Of a stretch of 24,075 nucleotides of DNA, positions 1-8,575 are shown one piece after another. The position numbers and the translations under genes are program-made. The DNA lies in contig CAWFOU010000002.1 of assembly GCA_963817525.1 (NCBI GenBank), forward strand, positions 1 through 24,075, written 5' to 3'. The notes below the pieces were generated by a model, which saw only the letters and a program-made list of their open reading frames with translations, was not told the DNA's origin and ran no database searches. This stretch comes from an uncultured archaeon (lineage in GTDB: Archaea; Thermoproteota; Nitrososphaeria; Nitrososphaerales; Gagatemarchaeaceae). The first letter of the stretch is position 1. Every line of letters starts with the position of its first letter.

Positions 1-112
1 CCGAGGTGGTGCCCAGTGTCAACGAGATTGCCAGACGGACCATCAGATTCTAGAATCTCTAAGCAGCAGAATATGCAGTACGAGGAAAAGATTCCGGGAG
101 CGAGGTTTCCGC

Positions 113-241
113 TTACCCCGCGCCAGCGCCGCCAGCAATTTCAACAGCGAGCGGCGACATGTGGATTCCAAGCCCCGCCAGTACCACGGATGCGCCAGTT
201 ACTGCCATGAGTCCGAGCCTGACCTTCTGATCGGTTGTCAT
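113..241 (-). CDS. Small hydrophobic peptide, 42 aa (MTTDQKVRLGLMAVTGASVVLAGLGIHMSPLAVEIAGGAGAG)
   Basis: ATG at 241 with a TATA-like TTTTTAAG about 24 bp upstream on the minus strand. One hydrophobic segment and a Gly-rich C-terminus. Confidence 0.55.
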   Translation of the reverse strand: MTTDQKVRLGLMAVTGASVVLAGLGIHMSPLAVEIAGGAGAG

Positions 242-333
242 GGCAGTCTGGTTGTTCAATGCCCTTAAAAACTTGAAAAATGTCAAATAATTTTCATGCG
301 GTTGCTCATTTGCTAGCCTGACGCTAATGTAAT

Positions 334-2883
334 TCACGCCGCATATGTCTCAAGCCACTGCAAATCTGCCCTCGTCCCGTAGACGAACGGGTGAAGGAGT
401 TCGGCCTCTTTTTTATCTATCGCACCTACAAATGATTTGACAAATTCTTGATAGGCTTCGGATAGCTCCAGCTCGCGGCCAGCGTAGTTCACTCGCATTG
501 CGTCGGCATCGGAACCAATGTTCTCGAGCTTCTCAAGTCCTTCCGCAGATGGGAAGAAGAACCAGAGCCTGTGCCTCCCGAGTCTCGCAACGAAGTCCTC
601 GCGCGAGATCTTGAACTTCAGGGACTCCGCTAGAAAGACCTCCCTGTCCGCCAGCCTGAACGAATCGCTCAGATCCAGAAGAAGGCCAATGCTAGGCTTT
701 CTCTTTGCGACGTGAAATATCCCCTCGCAGCCGATCCACCCTATACCGGCCTGCGTGTTTGCCGTTCTGCATCGGACAAGCCTTCGCTGGTGCAGGTAGT
801 TGATTCCGGCGTTGGCAGGGGAGTATCCCCTTGCTCTCGCCCTGGGGCTGTCGACGAGCTCGCGGACGAAGCGATCCCTCACCCTGCTCTTGAAATTAAG
901 GCCAGAGACCCTGAGCATCGTCTTGTATGCGCTCCAGTACAGGTTGTTTACCCTTGCCTCGTAGGCCAGCGCTCTGGTTACGCTCAGGTCTTGGTCCTTG
1001 AGCATCCTCTCGTACTCCAACAGTTGCCGGTTGACAAGAATCCGCAGTGGCCGGCCTCCCTGGTCGGTAATGCGCTTGGTAGCAACGATAACGCTCAGCA
1101 ACAGCGATTTCGACAGGAGCCTTCGAAGCTCGGCGCTCTGCCCCAGAAGGTGCAAGTTTTCGACGAATCCGCTCGAAGGATAGAGCCCAACTGTGTGACC
1201 AACCCCTCTGGGTTGTAGCGACTTTCGTACCACCTGCACTCCTCTGTGCTCGAGCTCTGAGATTCCGTCCGTTCCCAATGCACCGTAATCAACGACTCGA
1301 TATATTCTGTCGTACAGCTGAAATGTGCTCGCACCTCCCTCCCTTTTGACGTACATGCCGTCGGTTCCCAGCCTCACAGTCTCGTGTGGATAGAGCACTA
1401 CGAAATCCCGCCAATCGCTCTTACCGTAGAACTCTTGCCCTGGAAGCAGAAGAGCTCGGCTGGGCGGATGAGTCCCGGATATCTGGAAGTACCGATCTCT
1501 GAAAATCTGCTCATAATTGTATGACACCAAGATTTTGCTGGATAGTGGTTTGTAGGCGGTCCCACAATTACGGCATCTCACTAGCTTCGCAACGGGCGCC
1601 TCGACGTCCTTCCCGCAACCAAGGCATACCTCGCGCGCGCTGCCAATCGGGAAGTCCCGCTTCTTCGCAGCGAAGAAATCGCAGGATGTCGCGCTAGGTC
1701 CAATTCGCGCGTTCGCGTTGGCGAGCTTGTCCTTCGCTATTGTCGAAAGCCGCTCTTGTCTTGAATAGACATCGGGGGCGTTGAACCGCGAAAGAGCCCA
1801 CCACAACCTACACCTTCGGGCCACCTTCGTGTAAAGGGCGCAATCTCCACATCTGTTCTCGAATATGTCGGCCGCTTTCGCCGAACCGCGTCGATAGTAG
1901 ACGAACATCGGCCCGTGGTTCCCACGCCTGTAGACAGACCTTGTGAGTGTGCGGTCCTTGACCAGTTTCTCTAGCAGGCGTCGCGCTATGCCACGAGAAA
2001 CTCCATGGGTGACGTTCATTCTGGCTGCTTCGCGGGCCACACCGTTTACCGTCGTCCATCCGTTCGCCTCCACGAGATTTAGCACTAGTTCCTCGAAGTA
2101 GGCCAGCCTCTGGCGCTCTAGGTCATCGTCAGGGTCGCTTGCATGCTGTTCTGAATCTGACTGTTCCTGAAGTTCGTCCAGGTTGGATTGACTGATCGGC
2201 AGGCCTCCTTCTACGACACGCCTCCCCATTCTGCTCGTTGTGTAGTAGCAGCCCCTTTCTTCCACGACCAGGCCCATTTTGGAGAGGTTTCGAAGAGCGT
2301 CCCGGATTGAACTCACCTCACGACCTTCCGCATGCCACCAGACAGATTTCCCCGCCAGTCGCTGGATCTCTGCGAGATACGCGTGCCGCTCGTAGAGCAA
2401 TTCGAGAAGCAGTTCGTTCAGCCAGACGTCCGCCTGGGGCTTGGAAACCACATCCTGCGAAATCCGCTTTAACAGTTCGGGGATGTCGGCGATTGGCTGG
2501 GAGTGAAGCTCGCCGCCTTTCTGCATGGTTACAATGATTTGCTTCCTGGAGCGGCTGGTGAGAACTCTGACTAGCGCGCCATCAATCCTTCCGGGGACAT
2601 CCGCACGACCAAGTGCCAAGCTGGGCGAACTGAGCACAATCGACTTGCCACGGAACGATCTACTGGATGCGGTTGTCAACGACTCATAGTCAAGGAGTTC
2701 TGCCCTGAACCCAAAGTTGTCCAGACGCCCCCTGACATCGGCCAGTTCGGATTCGTCGAGCAGCACATAGATTGTATGTTTAGGCTGGAGACGAGGGGAT
2801 ACCAGATTTGTGGCAAATGATAGGAGAAGGTCTCTCGTACCCTCTGCCAGGACGAAGTTGTCTTGAAGCGAGCGTGCCGCCAA
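334..2883 (-). CDS. cas1: Large Cas1-family integrase/endonuclease with a ~490-aa N-terminal extension (two winged helices, Cys cluster, Zn ribbon)
   Basis: aa ~493-552 resemble the Cas1 N-terminal beta domain (VVLYPHETVRLGTDGMYVKR...IYRVVDYG...ISELEHRGVQV). Helical-domain motifs: YEARVNNLYW (E642), SPANAGINY, EGIFH (H724), LLLDLSDSFR (D737/D740). Uninterrupted 849-codon ORF with GGGGAGAGG upstream of the TTG. Confidence 0.8.
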   Translation of the reverse strand: MAARSLQDNFVLAEGTRDLLLSFATNLVSPRLQPKHTIYVLLDESELADVRGRLDNFGFRAELLDYESLTTASSRSFRGKSIVLSSPSLALGRADVPGRIDGALVRVLTSRSRKQIIVTMQKGGELHSQPIADIPELLKRISQDVVSKPQADVWLNELLLELLYERHAYLAEIQRLAGKSVWWHAEGREVSSIRDALRNLSKMGLVVEERGCYYTTSRMGRRVVEGGLPISQSNLDELQEQSDSEQHASDPDDDLERQRLAYFEELVLNLVEANGWTTVNGVAREAARMNVTHGVSRGIARRLLEKLVKDRTLTRSVYRRGNHGPMFVYYRRGSAKAADIFENRCGDCALYTKVARRCRLWWALSRFNAPDVYSRQERLSTIAKDKLANANARIGPSATSCDFFAAKKRDFPIGSAREVCLGCGKDVEAPVAKLVRCRNCGTAYKPLSSKILVSYNYEQIFRDRYFQISGTHPPSRALLLPGQEFYGKSDWRDFVVLYPHETVRLGTDGMYVKREGGASTFQLYDRIYRVVDYGALGTDGISELEHRGVQVVRKSLQPRGVGHTVGLYPSSGFVENLHLLGQSAELRRLLSKSLLLSVIVATKRITDQGGRPLRILVNRQLLEYERMLKDQDLSVTRALAYEARVNNLYWSAYKTMLRVSGLNFKSRVRDRFVRELVDSPRARARGYSPANAGINYLHQRRLVRCRTANTQAGIGWIGCEGIFHVAKRKPSIGLLLDLSDSFRLADREVFLAESLKFKISREDFVARLGRHRLWFFFPSAEGLEKLENIGSDADAMRVNYAGRELELSEAYQEFVKSFVGAIDKKEAELLHPFVYGTRADLQWLETYAA

Positions 2884-3041
2884 GGATGTCTTCCCTCTCC
2901 CCTACACTAGACGATCGTCATTAATAATTTATCCAGAATAGCTTAAATCTAGCTCGGTTAGCCAAATAGAGTTAGAAACATGCTTTGTCATATTGGTGGT
3001 TATATACAGCCCTAGGGTCTATACTACAGGTAACGGCCTGA
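2884..3041. promoter_or_regulatory. Divergent promoter region between cas1 and the nuclease pair
   Basis: AT-rich 158-bp spacer with TATA-like TTAATAATTTA (~2921) and TTATATA (~3000). Confidence 0.5.
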
Positions 3042-3485
3042 ATGTCAATCGAATGGATGAGAAGAACCCATGCGATGATGCCGCTGACCGCTCAAGAGAG
3101 GGGAATCAAACACATCTTGCTGGACCGAAGGCTTCCTTTCAAGGAGCACTATGTCTTCGACCTCGGGCGAGTAGGTCGGCTCTCCGTTGACTTCATCGTT
3201 TTCCACGGCGCGGGGATAGTCATCGAATGCACTGCCTGCGGCTCGAAGAGGGGACGCGCCCTCTCTGAAGTGCGGCGTCGCGCTGCCTACATGGATTACA
3301 GGTTCGGCCTGTTAAAGTCCGCCTACCCAAACCTGAGCTTTGGCGCCGTCATAGAAGCGCCCATGGAGGACCAGGCCCACCTCAGCAGGGAGCTCGCGCT
3401 GGTGTTGAGGAACTCGAGCTTCGTGGTAAGCTCTAGCGAAGGACTCTCGGACGCTTTGCCCAAGGCGCTTTTTGGAGGAAGCTAA
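3042..3485 (+). CDS. Small PD-(D/E)xK-fold nuclease-like protein
   Basis: Pattern FKEHYVF...SVDFIVF...IVIECT fits an E...D...ExK-like active-site layout with K replaced by T. Two bases separate it from the next gene. Confidence 0.55.
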   Translation: MSIEWMRRTHAMMPLTAQERGIKHILLDRRLPFKEHYVFDLGRVGRLSVDFIVFHGAGIVIECTACGSKRGRALSEVRRRAAYMDYRFGLLKSAYPNLSFGAVIEAPMEDQAHLSRELALVLRNSSFVVSSSEGLSDALPKALFGGS

Positions 3486-3487
3486 GG

Positions 3488-5041
3488 TTGGATAGCGGCG
3501 ACCCGACGGCGGCGGAAAACCCAAGGCGAACATGGCCTCCCTCCAAGGCGGACTTGGAGTACCTCTACCTGGACGAGCGGCTCTCGGCGGTTAGAATCGC
3601 GTCCCTGTACGGCATGAGATCCGCTAGCGCCGTTACCCGGCGGCTCAAGAAGGAGGGAATCGCAAGACCAAGTCCCGCAGATACGCTTCGCAAGGCCACC
3701 GACGAATTGATTGACGAGTGGGCTAGAAGGTACCAGAACGGAGAGTCGCTACGCCAGATTGCCAGCGGAACAATCAACCCCGCAACGCTGTACTGGCGCC
3801 TACACAGAAGAGGCGTCCAATTTCGACGCCCAGGCGAGGCTCGCAAGGCTGCGCGGGCGAAGGGCGACGGGGCAATCTTCGGCGAGGATGAAAGCGAGAT
3901 CAAGCGCCTGTACCTTGACCAGCGTCTCAACTGCCGACAAATCGCAGGCCACTACGGTCTAGCTTGCAAGACCGAGGCCGCTGCCGCAGCTAGGGTCAAC
4001 CGCCGATTGAGGGAGTTGGGGGTTGGGCTCCGCCAGAAGGGTTTCCTCTCCAGAAAGCACGACGGCGTGGCGGCGGAATGGGCTAGGAGGTATGAAGAGG
4101 GCGAGTCGTCGGTAACGATTGCCAGGGGCACGACCAGCTCCTCGGTGGTCATGAGATATCTCGATGAGCTCGGGATAAGGCGCAGAGACGGAAGCCAGGC
4201 CCACACCAAGTATCGTAAGACACCCTTCTACGGGGGAGAGCGGGAAATGGCCTACCTTTTGGGCTTCACGCGCGGCGATGTGCATGTGAGGCGCCATTAT
4301 AGGTCGCTGAGATTGGCAACGGGAAGCACCCATTCGGCCCAGCTCGACCTTTTCACTTCTCTCTTCGTCGCCCACGGGCCTATCTACATCTATCCATCGG
4401 TCTCCAAGGTGGCCGGCTTCGAATGGTCCGTCACGGCGACGGTGGACAAGAGCTTCGAGTTCCTCGTGCTCCAAAAGGCAACGGATCCTTGCGAGATATT
4501 CGGAAAGGAGTTATTCCTAAGCTACCTGGCAGGGCTATTCGATGCAGAAGGTTCCTTGTGGCTTGCGGAGGACCGGAGGTTTTCTCCGTATTGGTCAATC
4601 ACGAACTCCGACCCTAGAATCCTAGATTGGGTGATGCTCGTCCTCAGGAGAATGAACCTCCACCCCCGGAGGGAACCACCCAATCATCAGGGCGTCGGAA
4701 GGGTCTGCCTCTGGAGGAGGCAAGAGGTGACCGAGTTGCTCAGGGTTTTGCCGATAAGACACCCAGAGAAGAAGGCCAAGGCGAGAATCGTACTTGACCA
4801 GAGGCTACGTCCTGAAGAGAAACGGGAGCGCTGGTGCAACCTCCTAGGGGAAATCGAGCTAGACCGCAACGAGATGGTAAGGTTGGCCGAACGAGAACTG
4901 GCGAACAAAGGAAGGGGAGCAGGCAGCGCTCGTGGCATGATGGTGTGTCTGCGTTACCTCTCAAATTGGAAGAGGTTCCCTCTCGACGAATCAATCTGGA
5001 CACAGACTTTGAGTTGGCTGCGTGAATATGTCGATGACTAA
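3488..5041 (+). CDS. Free-standing LAGLIDADG endonuclease-like protein with four N-terminal HTH repeats
   Basis: Two LAGLIDADG helices (AYLLGFTRGD, SYLAGLFDAEGS). HTH units LYLDERLSAVRIA / RRYQNGESLRQIA / LYLDQRLNCRQIA / RRYEEGESSVTIA. No intein splice motifs. Confidence 0.8.
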   Translation: MDSGDPTAAENPRRTWPPSKADLEYLYLDERLSAVRIASLYGMRSASAVTRRLKKEGIARPSPADTLRKATDELIDEWARRYQNGESLRQIASGTINPATLYWRLHRRGVQFRRPGEARKAARAKGDGAIFGEDESEIKRLYLDQRLNCRQIAGHYGLACKTEAAAAARVNRRLRELGVGLRQKGFLSRKHDGVAAEWARRYEEGESSVTIARGTTSSSVVMRYLDELGIRRRDGSQAHTKYRKTPFYGGEREMAYLLGFTRGDVHVRRHYRSLRLATGSTHSAQLDLFTSLFVAHGPIYIYPSVSKVAGFEWSVTATVDKSFEFLVLQKATDPCEIFGKELFLSYLAGLFDAEGSLWLAEDRRFSPYWSITNSDPRILDWVMLVLRRMNLHPRREPPNHQGVGRVCLWRRQEVTELLRVLPIRHPEKKAKARIVLDQRLRPEEKRERWCNLLGEIELDRNEMVRLAERELANKGRGAGSARGMMVCLRYLSNWKRFPLDESIWTQTLSWLREYVDD

Positions 5042-5211
5042 GATGTGCAGGCCTGCACGCAGCCTCAGCTGAAGCTACATTTCACCAACGTCCCAGTCCA
5101 ACAGCACCCTGATCGTCGAGAGTCTCTGCACGCACGTCCTGGAAAGGACGAAGAAAATCCTTGAGCTGATTCACGAAAAGTCGAAGCAGATGCGGGGCTC
5201 GCACAGGGATG

Positions 5212-5319
5212 CAGAAGGTCGTACCCCTCACAGAGGTGGAGCGGTGCATATAGCAGGGTTGGGACTAAAAGCGGGACCTGCCCAACGACAGGGTTGTGAT
5301 AGGGTTGAAGACCGCCTAG
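5212..5319 (+). pseudogene. Remnant resembling the C-terminal tail of archaeal tyrosine integrases
   Basis: Reads QKVVPLTEVERCI*QGWD*KRDLPNDRVVIGLKTA*, with stops at 5251 and 5266. Similar to the QKVV..EVE.Y...GWE+...LP..+V+V tail I recall from archaeal integrases. Confidence 0.5.
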
Positions 5320-5395
5320 ATTAGGTCATTAGAACGAGAGTCCCCTTCAATCCCGCTCGAACTTTTAATTATTTCATTAGTTTTAGCGTGACGCG

Positions 5396-5851
5396 ATGCA
5401 ACGCCGGCAAGATGTAGATTGGAATGAGCTTGACGACTCCCAAATCCAAGAAATGCTGGAAGAAGAGCATCGCGAGACTATTCGTGACGCTCCTTCGAGT
5501 CATTTAACGACGGGAGAACGCTTTCGGAAGGAATGGGGAGACCACTTGAAGGCGAATGTAATACCTGGCGTCGCGACAACGAGTTGTTATCCGCGACTAG
5601 ATGTTTTTGTGGGCAAGCGGGATGACATTCTGGTGCGCCTCCTGCAAGCTTATGGACACATCGTTCGCTGCAGAAATACTTCCTCACCAAACGTCTTGGC
5701 TATTATTCACCTCGCAAAGACCTGGGACCCGAAACACTCTATTGTAGAGCAATGCAAGATAGAGTTCTCTTTGCTGTGCAACGAAAAGCCGCGTTGCAGA
5801 ATCTTCATCTTGCGCAAAGATGGCAAGGCGGAAAGGTTCGCGCCGACCTAG
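5396..5851 (+). CDS. Hypothetical protein, 151 aa
   Basis: ORF with TTTTAATTA about 25 bp upstream. Visibly more AT-rich than the core genes. No recognised motif. Confidence 0.6.
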   Translation: MQRRQDVDWNELDDSQIQEMLEEEHRETIRDAPSSHLTTGERFRKEWGDHLKANVIPGVATTSCYPRLDVFVGKRDDILVRLLQAYGHIVRCRNTSSPNVLAIIHLAKTWDPKHSIVEQCKIEFSLLCNEKPRCRIFILRKDGKAERFAPT

Positions 5852-6040
5852 AATCCGGAAGTCGTGGGCTTGCAGGTCTCCTTTTCCATTGCTAACAAGT
5901 CGTAGTCGTAGTTTGATAACCGCCCGATCAAGTCACAAGATCATAAGGAAAGACAGTCGCGTTAGCGTGGTGTCCGGCTTGGGTATCCTAGAACGAGGTG
6001 AGAAACGGTTTATTACAGAATCGTAGACCATAGCGACATC

Positions 6041-6277
6041 ATGTCCGAGGAGAAACTGGGAGGCTTTGGCGTAAGAAGAAAGGAATGGTATAAAACCAAG
6101 AATGGAATCGTGCTATTTCTCAAGGAAGGAGAATGGTCTGCCAACCTTCCAGACGGATGGAAGGAATTTGGAATTACATTCGCAGAACTTGTTTCGTTCC
6201 TTGCCTACTTGAATGAGGACAAGACTCTTGAAGAGGCGAGAGAGAAAGCGGGGTGGAAGCAGACTATTCCTTCTTGA
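6041..6277 (+). CDS. Hypothetical protein, 78 aa
   Basis: ATG with TTTATTA about 26 bp upstream and protein-like composition. Confidence 0.6.
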   Translation: MSEEKLGGFGVRRKEWYKTKNGIVLFLKEGEWSANLPDGWKEFGITFAELVSFLAYLNEDKTLEEAREKAGWKQTIPS

Positions 6278-6623
6278 CGGGCGTTGAGAAGTTCCGTCGG
6301 TAGATTCATTCTACTAGCGTAACAAGTGCCCGGCACTTTAGCAAGCGCAGAGCCCTGCATCTGACCGTGCCATCGCGGGTTATGGAACCCCAACTGCCGG
6401 TGCCCAATTCGCGCTCTGTCAGGTTAGGGCGGGTTGGACAGAGCTCAGACTGGCATGGAGAAACTTCCTGTTAAGCTCAAGATATCGGATCCAGGCGCAC
6501 TCCCGTTGGCGCTGTGACTGCTGGAGCCTTGCGCACTCGAACCCGAGGACGTAGTTCGACCCCGGCCCGAATCAGCTCAAGAAGCTCCTTAACTCTTAAA
6601 TCCATTCGAGAAACCTTCGGCCC

Positions 6624-7172
6624 GTGGACTCACCGCTTGCAGGGAAGCGAGTCGCCGTCTTGGCGGAGAACATGTATGAAGACCTAGAGCTCTGGTACCC
6701 GGTGATACGCCTTAGGGAAGCCGGGGCGGAGGTCTCCATCGTGGCGCCGGTGGAGGGGGCGACTTACAAGAGCAAGCACGGGCTCGAGGTGAAGTCCGAC
6801 CTCTCGGCAGAGATAGCCAAGGCCAAGGAATTTGACGCGGTGGTGATCCCTGGAGGGTTCGCCCCGGACTACATGAGGCGATCAGAGGCTATGGTCAAGT
6901 TCGTGAAGGACGCGAATGACGAGGGTAAGGTCGTCGCGGCGATATGCCATGCGGGGTCGATGCTCGTTTCGGCGAAGGTGCTGAAAGGGAAGACCGTCAC
7001 CTGCTACAAGTCGATAAAAGACGACGTGGTCAACGCGGGAGGGAACTACGTGGACAAGGCTGTCGTGAGGGACGGCCAGCTCATCACCTCGAGGGTCCCT
7101 GACGACCTCCCCGCGTTCTGCAGCGAGATCATAGCCGCCCTTTCGACGAAGACCCTGGCTCGTTCTCGATAA
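6624..7172 (+). CDS. pfpI: DJ-1/PfpI family protein (type 1 glutamine amidotransferase-like)
   Basis: Motifs YEDLELWYP, DAVVIPGG, AAICHAG (nucleophile Cys), ITSRVPDDLP. Confidence 0.93.
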   Translation: MDSPLAGKRVAVLAENMYEDLELWYPVIRLREAGAEVSIVAPVEGATYKSKHGLEVKSDLSAEIAKAKEFDAVVIPGGFAPDYMRRSEAMVKFVKDANDEGKVVAAICHAGSMLVSAKVLKGKTVTCYKSIKDDVVNAGGNYVDKAVVRDGQLITSRVPDDLPAFCSEIIAALSTKTLARSR

Positions 7173-7187
7173 TCCGAATAGTCCGGC

Positions 7188-7589
7188 TCACGTCCGACGA
7201 GTCGGCTTGGCTGAAAGATACTTTCCGATGATCTTCTCCGCCGAGGGCGTCAAGCTCGGGCCCGAGCCGTCGTAATACGCGACGCCCTTGACCTCCTGCC
7301 CCGGTTTCGGGGTTCCCGTCGCCGTCACGAGAAACACCTCGTGGGCGTTCCTGAAGGTCCCTCCTTTGGGGCCCGTGTGAACCCCTCCAGCGAACTCGAA
7401 GAGGCGGGTCAGCTTGACGGCCTTCATGCCCGTCTCCTCCATGAGCTCTCGAATCGCGGCGCCGCGCCTGCTCTCGTTCAACTTCGCGCCTCCCCCGGGA
7501 AGGGTGAAGACGTTGCCGTCCAGGCTAACGACGAGGATGCCTTTCGAGGTGTCGACGATGGCCGTGCCTCTCCTTCTCCTATAGACCAC
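7188..7589 (-). CDS. NUDIX hydrolase
   Basis: Nudix box LPGGGAKLNESRRGAAIRELMEETG. Confidence 0.9.
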   Translation of the reverse strand: MVYRRRRGTAIVDTSKGILVVSLDGNVFTLPGGGAKLNESRRGAAIRELMEETGMKAVKLTRLFEFAGGVHTGPKGGTFRNAHEVFLVTATGTPKPGQEVKGVAYYDGSGPSLTPSAEKIIGKYLSAKPTRRT

Positions 7590-7683
7590 TGGTTGCCCAC
7601 TCGATGCTCACCGAATATAAATTGAGAGTAGCTTGCTGTGGTGCCGTTAGCGTCCGTAAATGGTCAGAAGGCGCTGAGCAGCG

Positions 7684-8157
7684 TCACACGGCGGCGGCTC
7701 TGGACGCAATGATTGCCATAGTCTTGGCCAGGCGCGCCTTCCTTCCCTCGAGGCTATCCGTCTGCGCCTTTAGGGCCGCGACCTTCGCCTCCATGACAAG
7801 AAGCTCCCCTTCCTTCCTCGACCTCTCGATCTCGGCGCTCAGGCTCTGCGACCTCCTCGCCATCGTGTCGAACAGCCCCTGCATCTCGGAGTTGATGCGC
7901 TGGGCTTCCTCGAGGTCTGCCAGGAGGGCTGAGAGCTTATTGTCGCCGACCAGCATGTAGTTGCGCCTTCCCCTCACGGCGGGAATGTCCGCCCCGCATC
8001 GCTTGCAGCTCATCAGGTCGACTATCACTGGCGACGAGGCAGTGCCCAAGATAGGCTCGCTCGCCGTCTTGAATGAGCTACCCTCGGCGAAGCTGTCCCC
8101 GTTGCAGTTGGGGCACAGCAAGGCGGCTGGGCGCCTCGGTGGCGCCGTCTGGGGCAA
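7684..8157 (-). CDS. Zn-ribbon plus coiled-coil protein
   Basis: CPNC and CKRC pairs followed by a heptad-rich helical C-terminus. Confidence 0.75.
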   Translation of the reverse strand: MPQTAPPRRPAALLCPNCNGDSFAEGSSFKTASEPILGTASSPVIVDLMSCKRCGADIPAVRGRRNYMLVGDNKLSALLADLEEAQRINSEMQGLFDTMARRSQSLSAEIERSRKEGELLVMEAKVAALKAQTDSLEGRKARLAKTMAIIASRAAAV

Positions 8158-8183
8158 GCGAATGACCGCGTCCCTGTGGCGTC

Positions 8184-8483
8184 CTAGTTGGACGGGACGG
8201 GGGAAGCGGCTTCGTCGTGCTCGAGCGCGGGCTTGCCTTCCGCCAGCGTCCGGAGCATGTCCCTGACCAGACTGAGGGAGTTGTTGTTCGACTCTAGGAG
8301 TGCCGCGTACCTCGACAACTCCAGGATTGGGATCTGCTCTACGAGCTCGGAAATCTCGTTCTCTAACGACGACTTCTTCTGCTCCAGGTCTCCCAGCCGT
8401 GCCTCAATCTCCTCTCTCCTTCCTTGCGTCTCGCTCATGGTTTCCATGAGCCTTCCCGCGCCGTGCGAGTATGTTTGGCACAC
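8184..8483 (-). CDS. Short coiled-coil protein (start may be a downstream Met)
   Basis: IEARLGDLEQKKSSLENEISELVEQI heptads. Co-oriented with 7684..8157. Confidence 0.65.
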   Translation of the reverse strand: MCQTYSHGAGRLMETMSETQGRREEIEARLGDLEQKKSSLENEISELVEQIPILELSRYAALLESNNNSLSLVRDMLRTLAEGKPALEHDEAASPVPSN

Positions 8484-8575
8484 CGCCCAAATCAGTTGAG
8501 CCGCTGGTGAACTTTGGTGGACGAGCCTACGATTGGTCGTAAACTCTTAACTAAGACAGGGCTGTAAAATCGCAC

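Noticed and set aside
3003-3023. Imperfect palindrome around CCCTAGGG upstream of the nuclease gene
   Set aside because: Only an 8-bp perfect core in a single copy, which is compatible with chance.
3488-5041. Intein or intron host for the LAGLIDADG domain
   Set aside because: No N-terminal Cys/Ser block or C-terminal His-Asn, and no interrupted host gene or rRNA flanks.
6535-6575. tRNA-3'-half-like string aacccgaggacgtagttcgaccccggccc (possible att remnant)
   Set aside because: The T-stem does not pair properly, and there is no D-arm or acceptor stem. Too degenerate to call without tRNAscan-SE or a matching copy.
1-6620. CRISPR array or casposon TIRs near cas1
   Set aside because: I found no regularly spaced 25-40 bp repeats and no matching terminal repeat pair by eye. 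They could lie left of the window.
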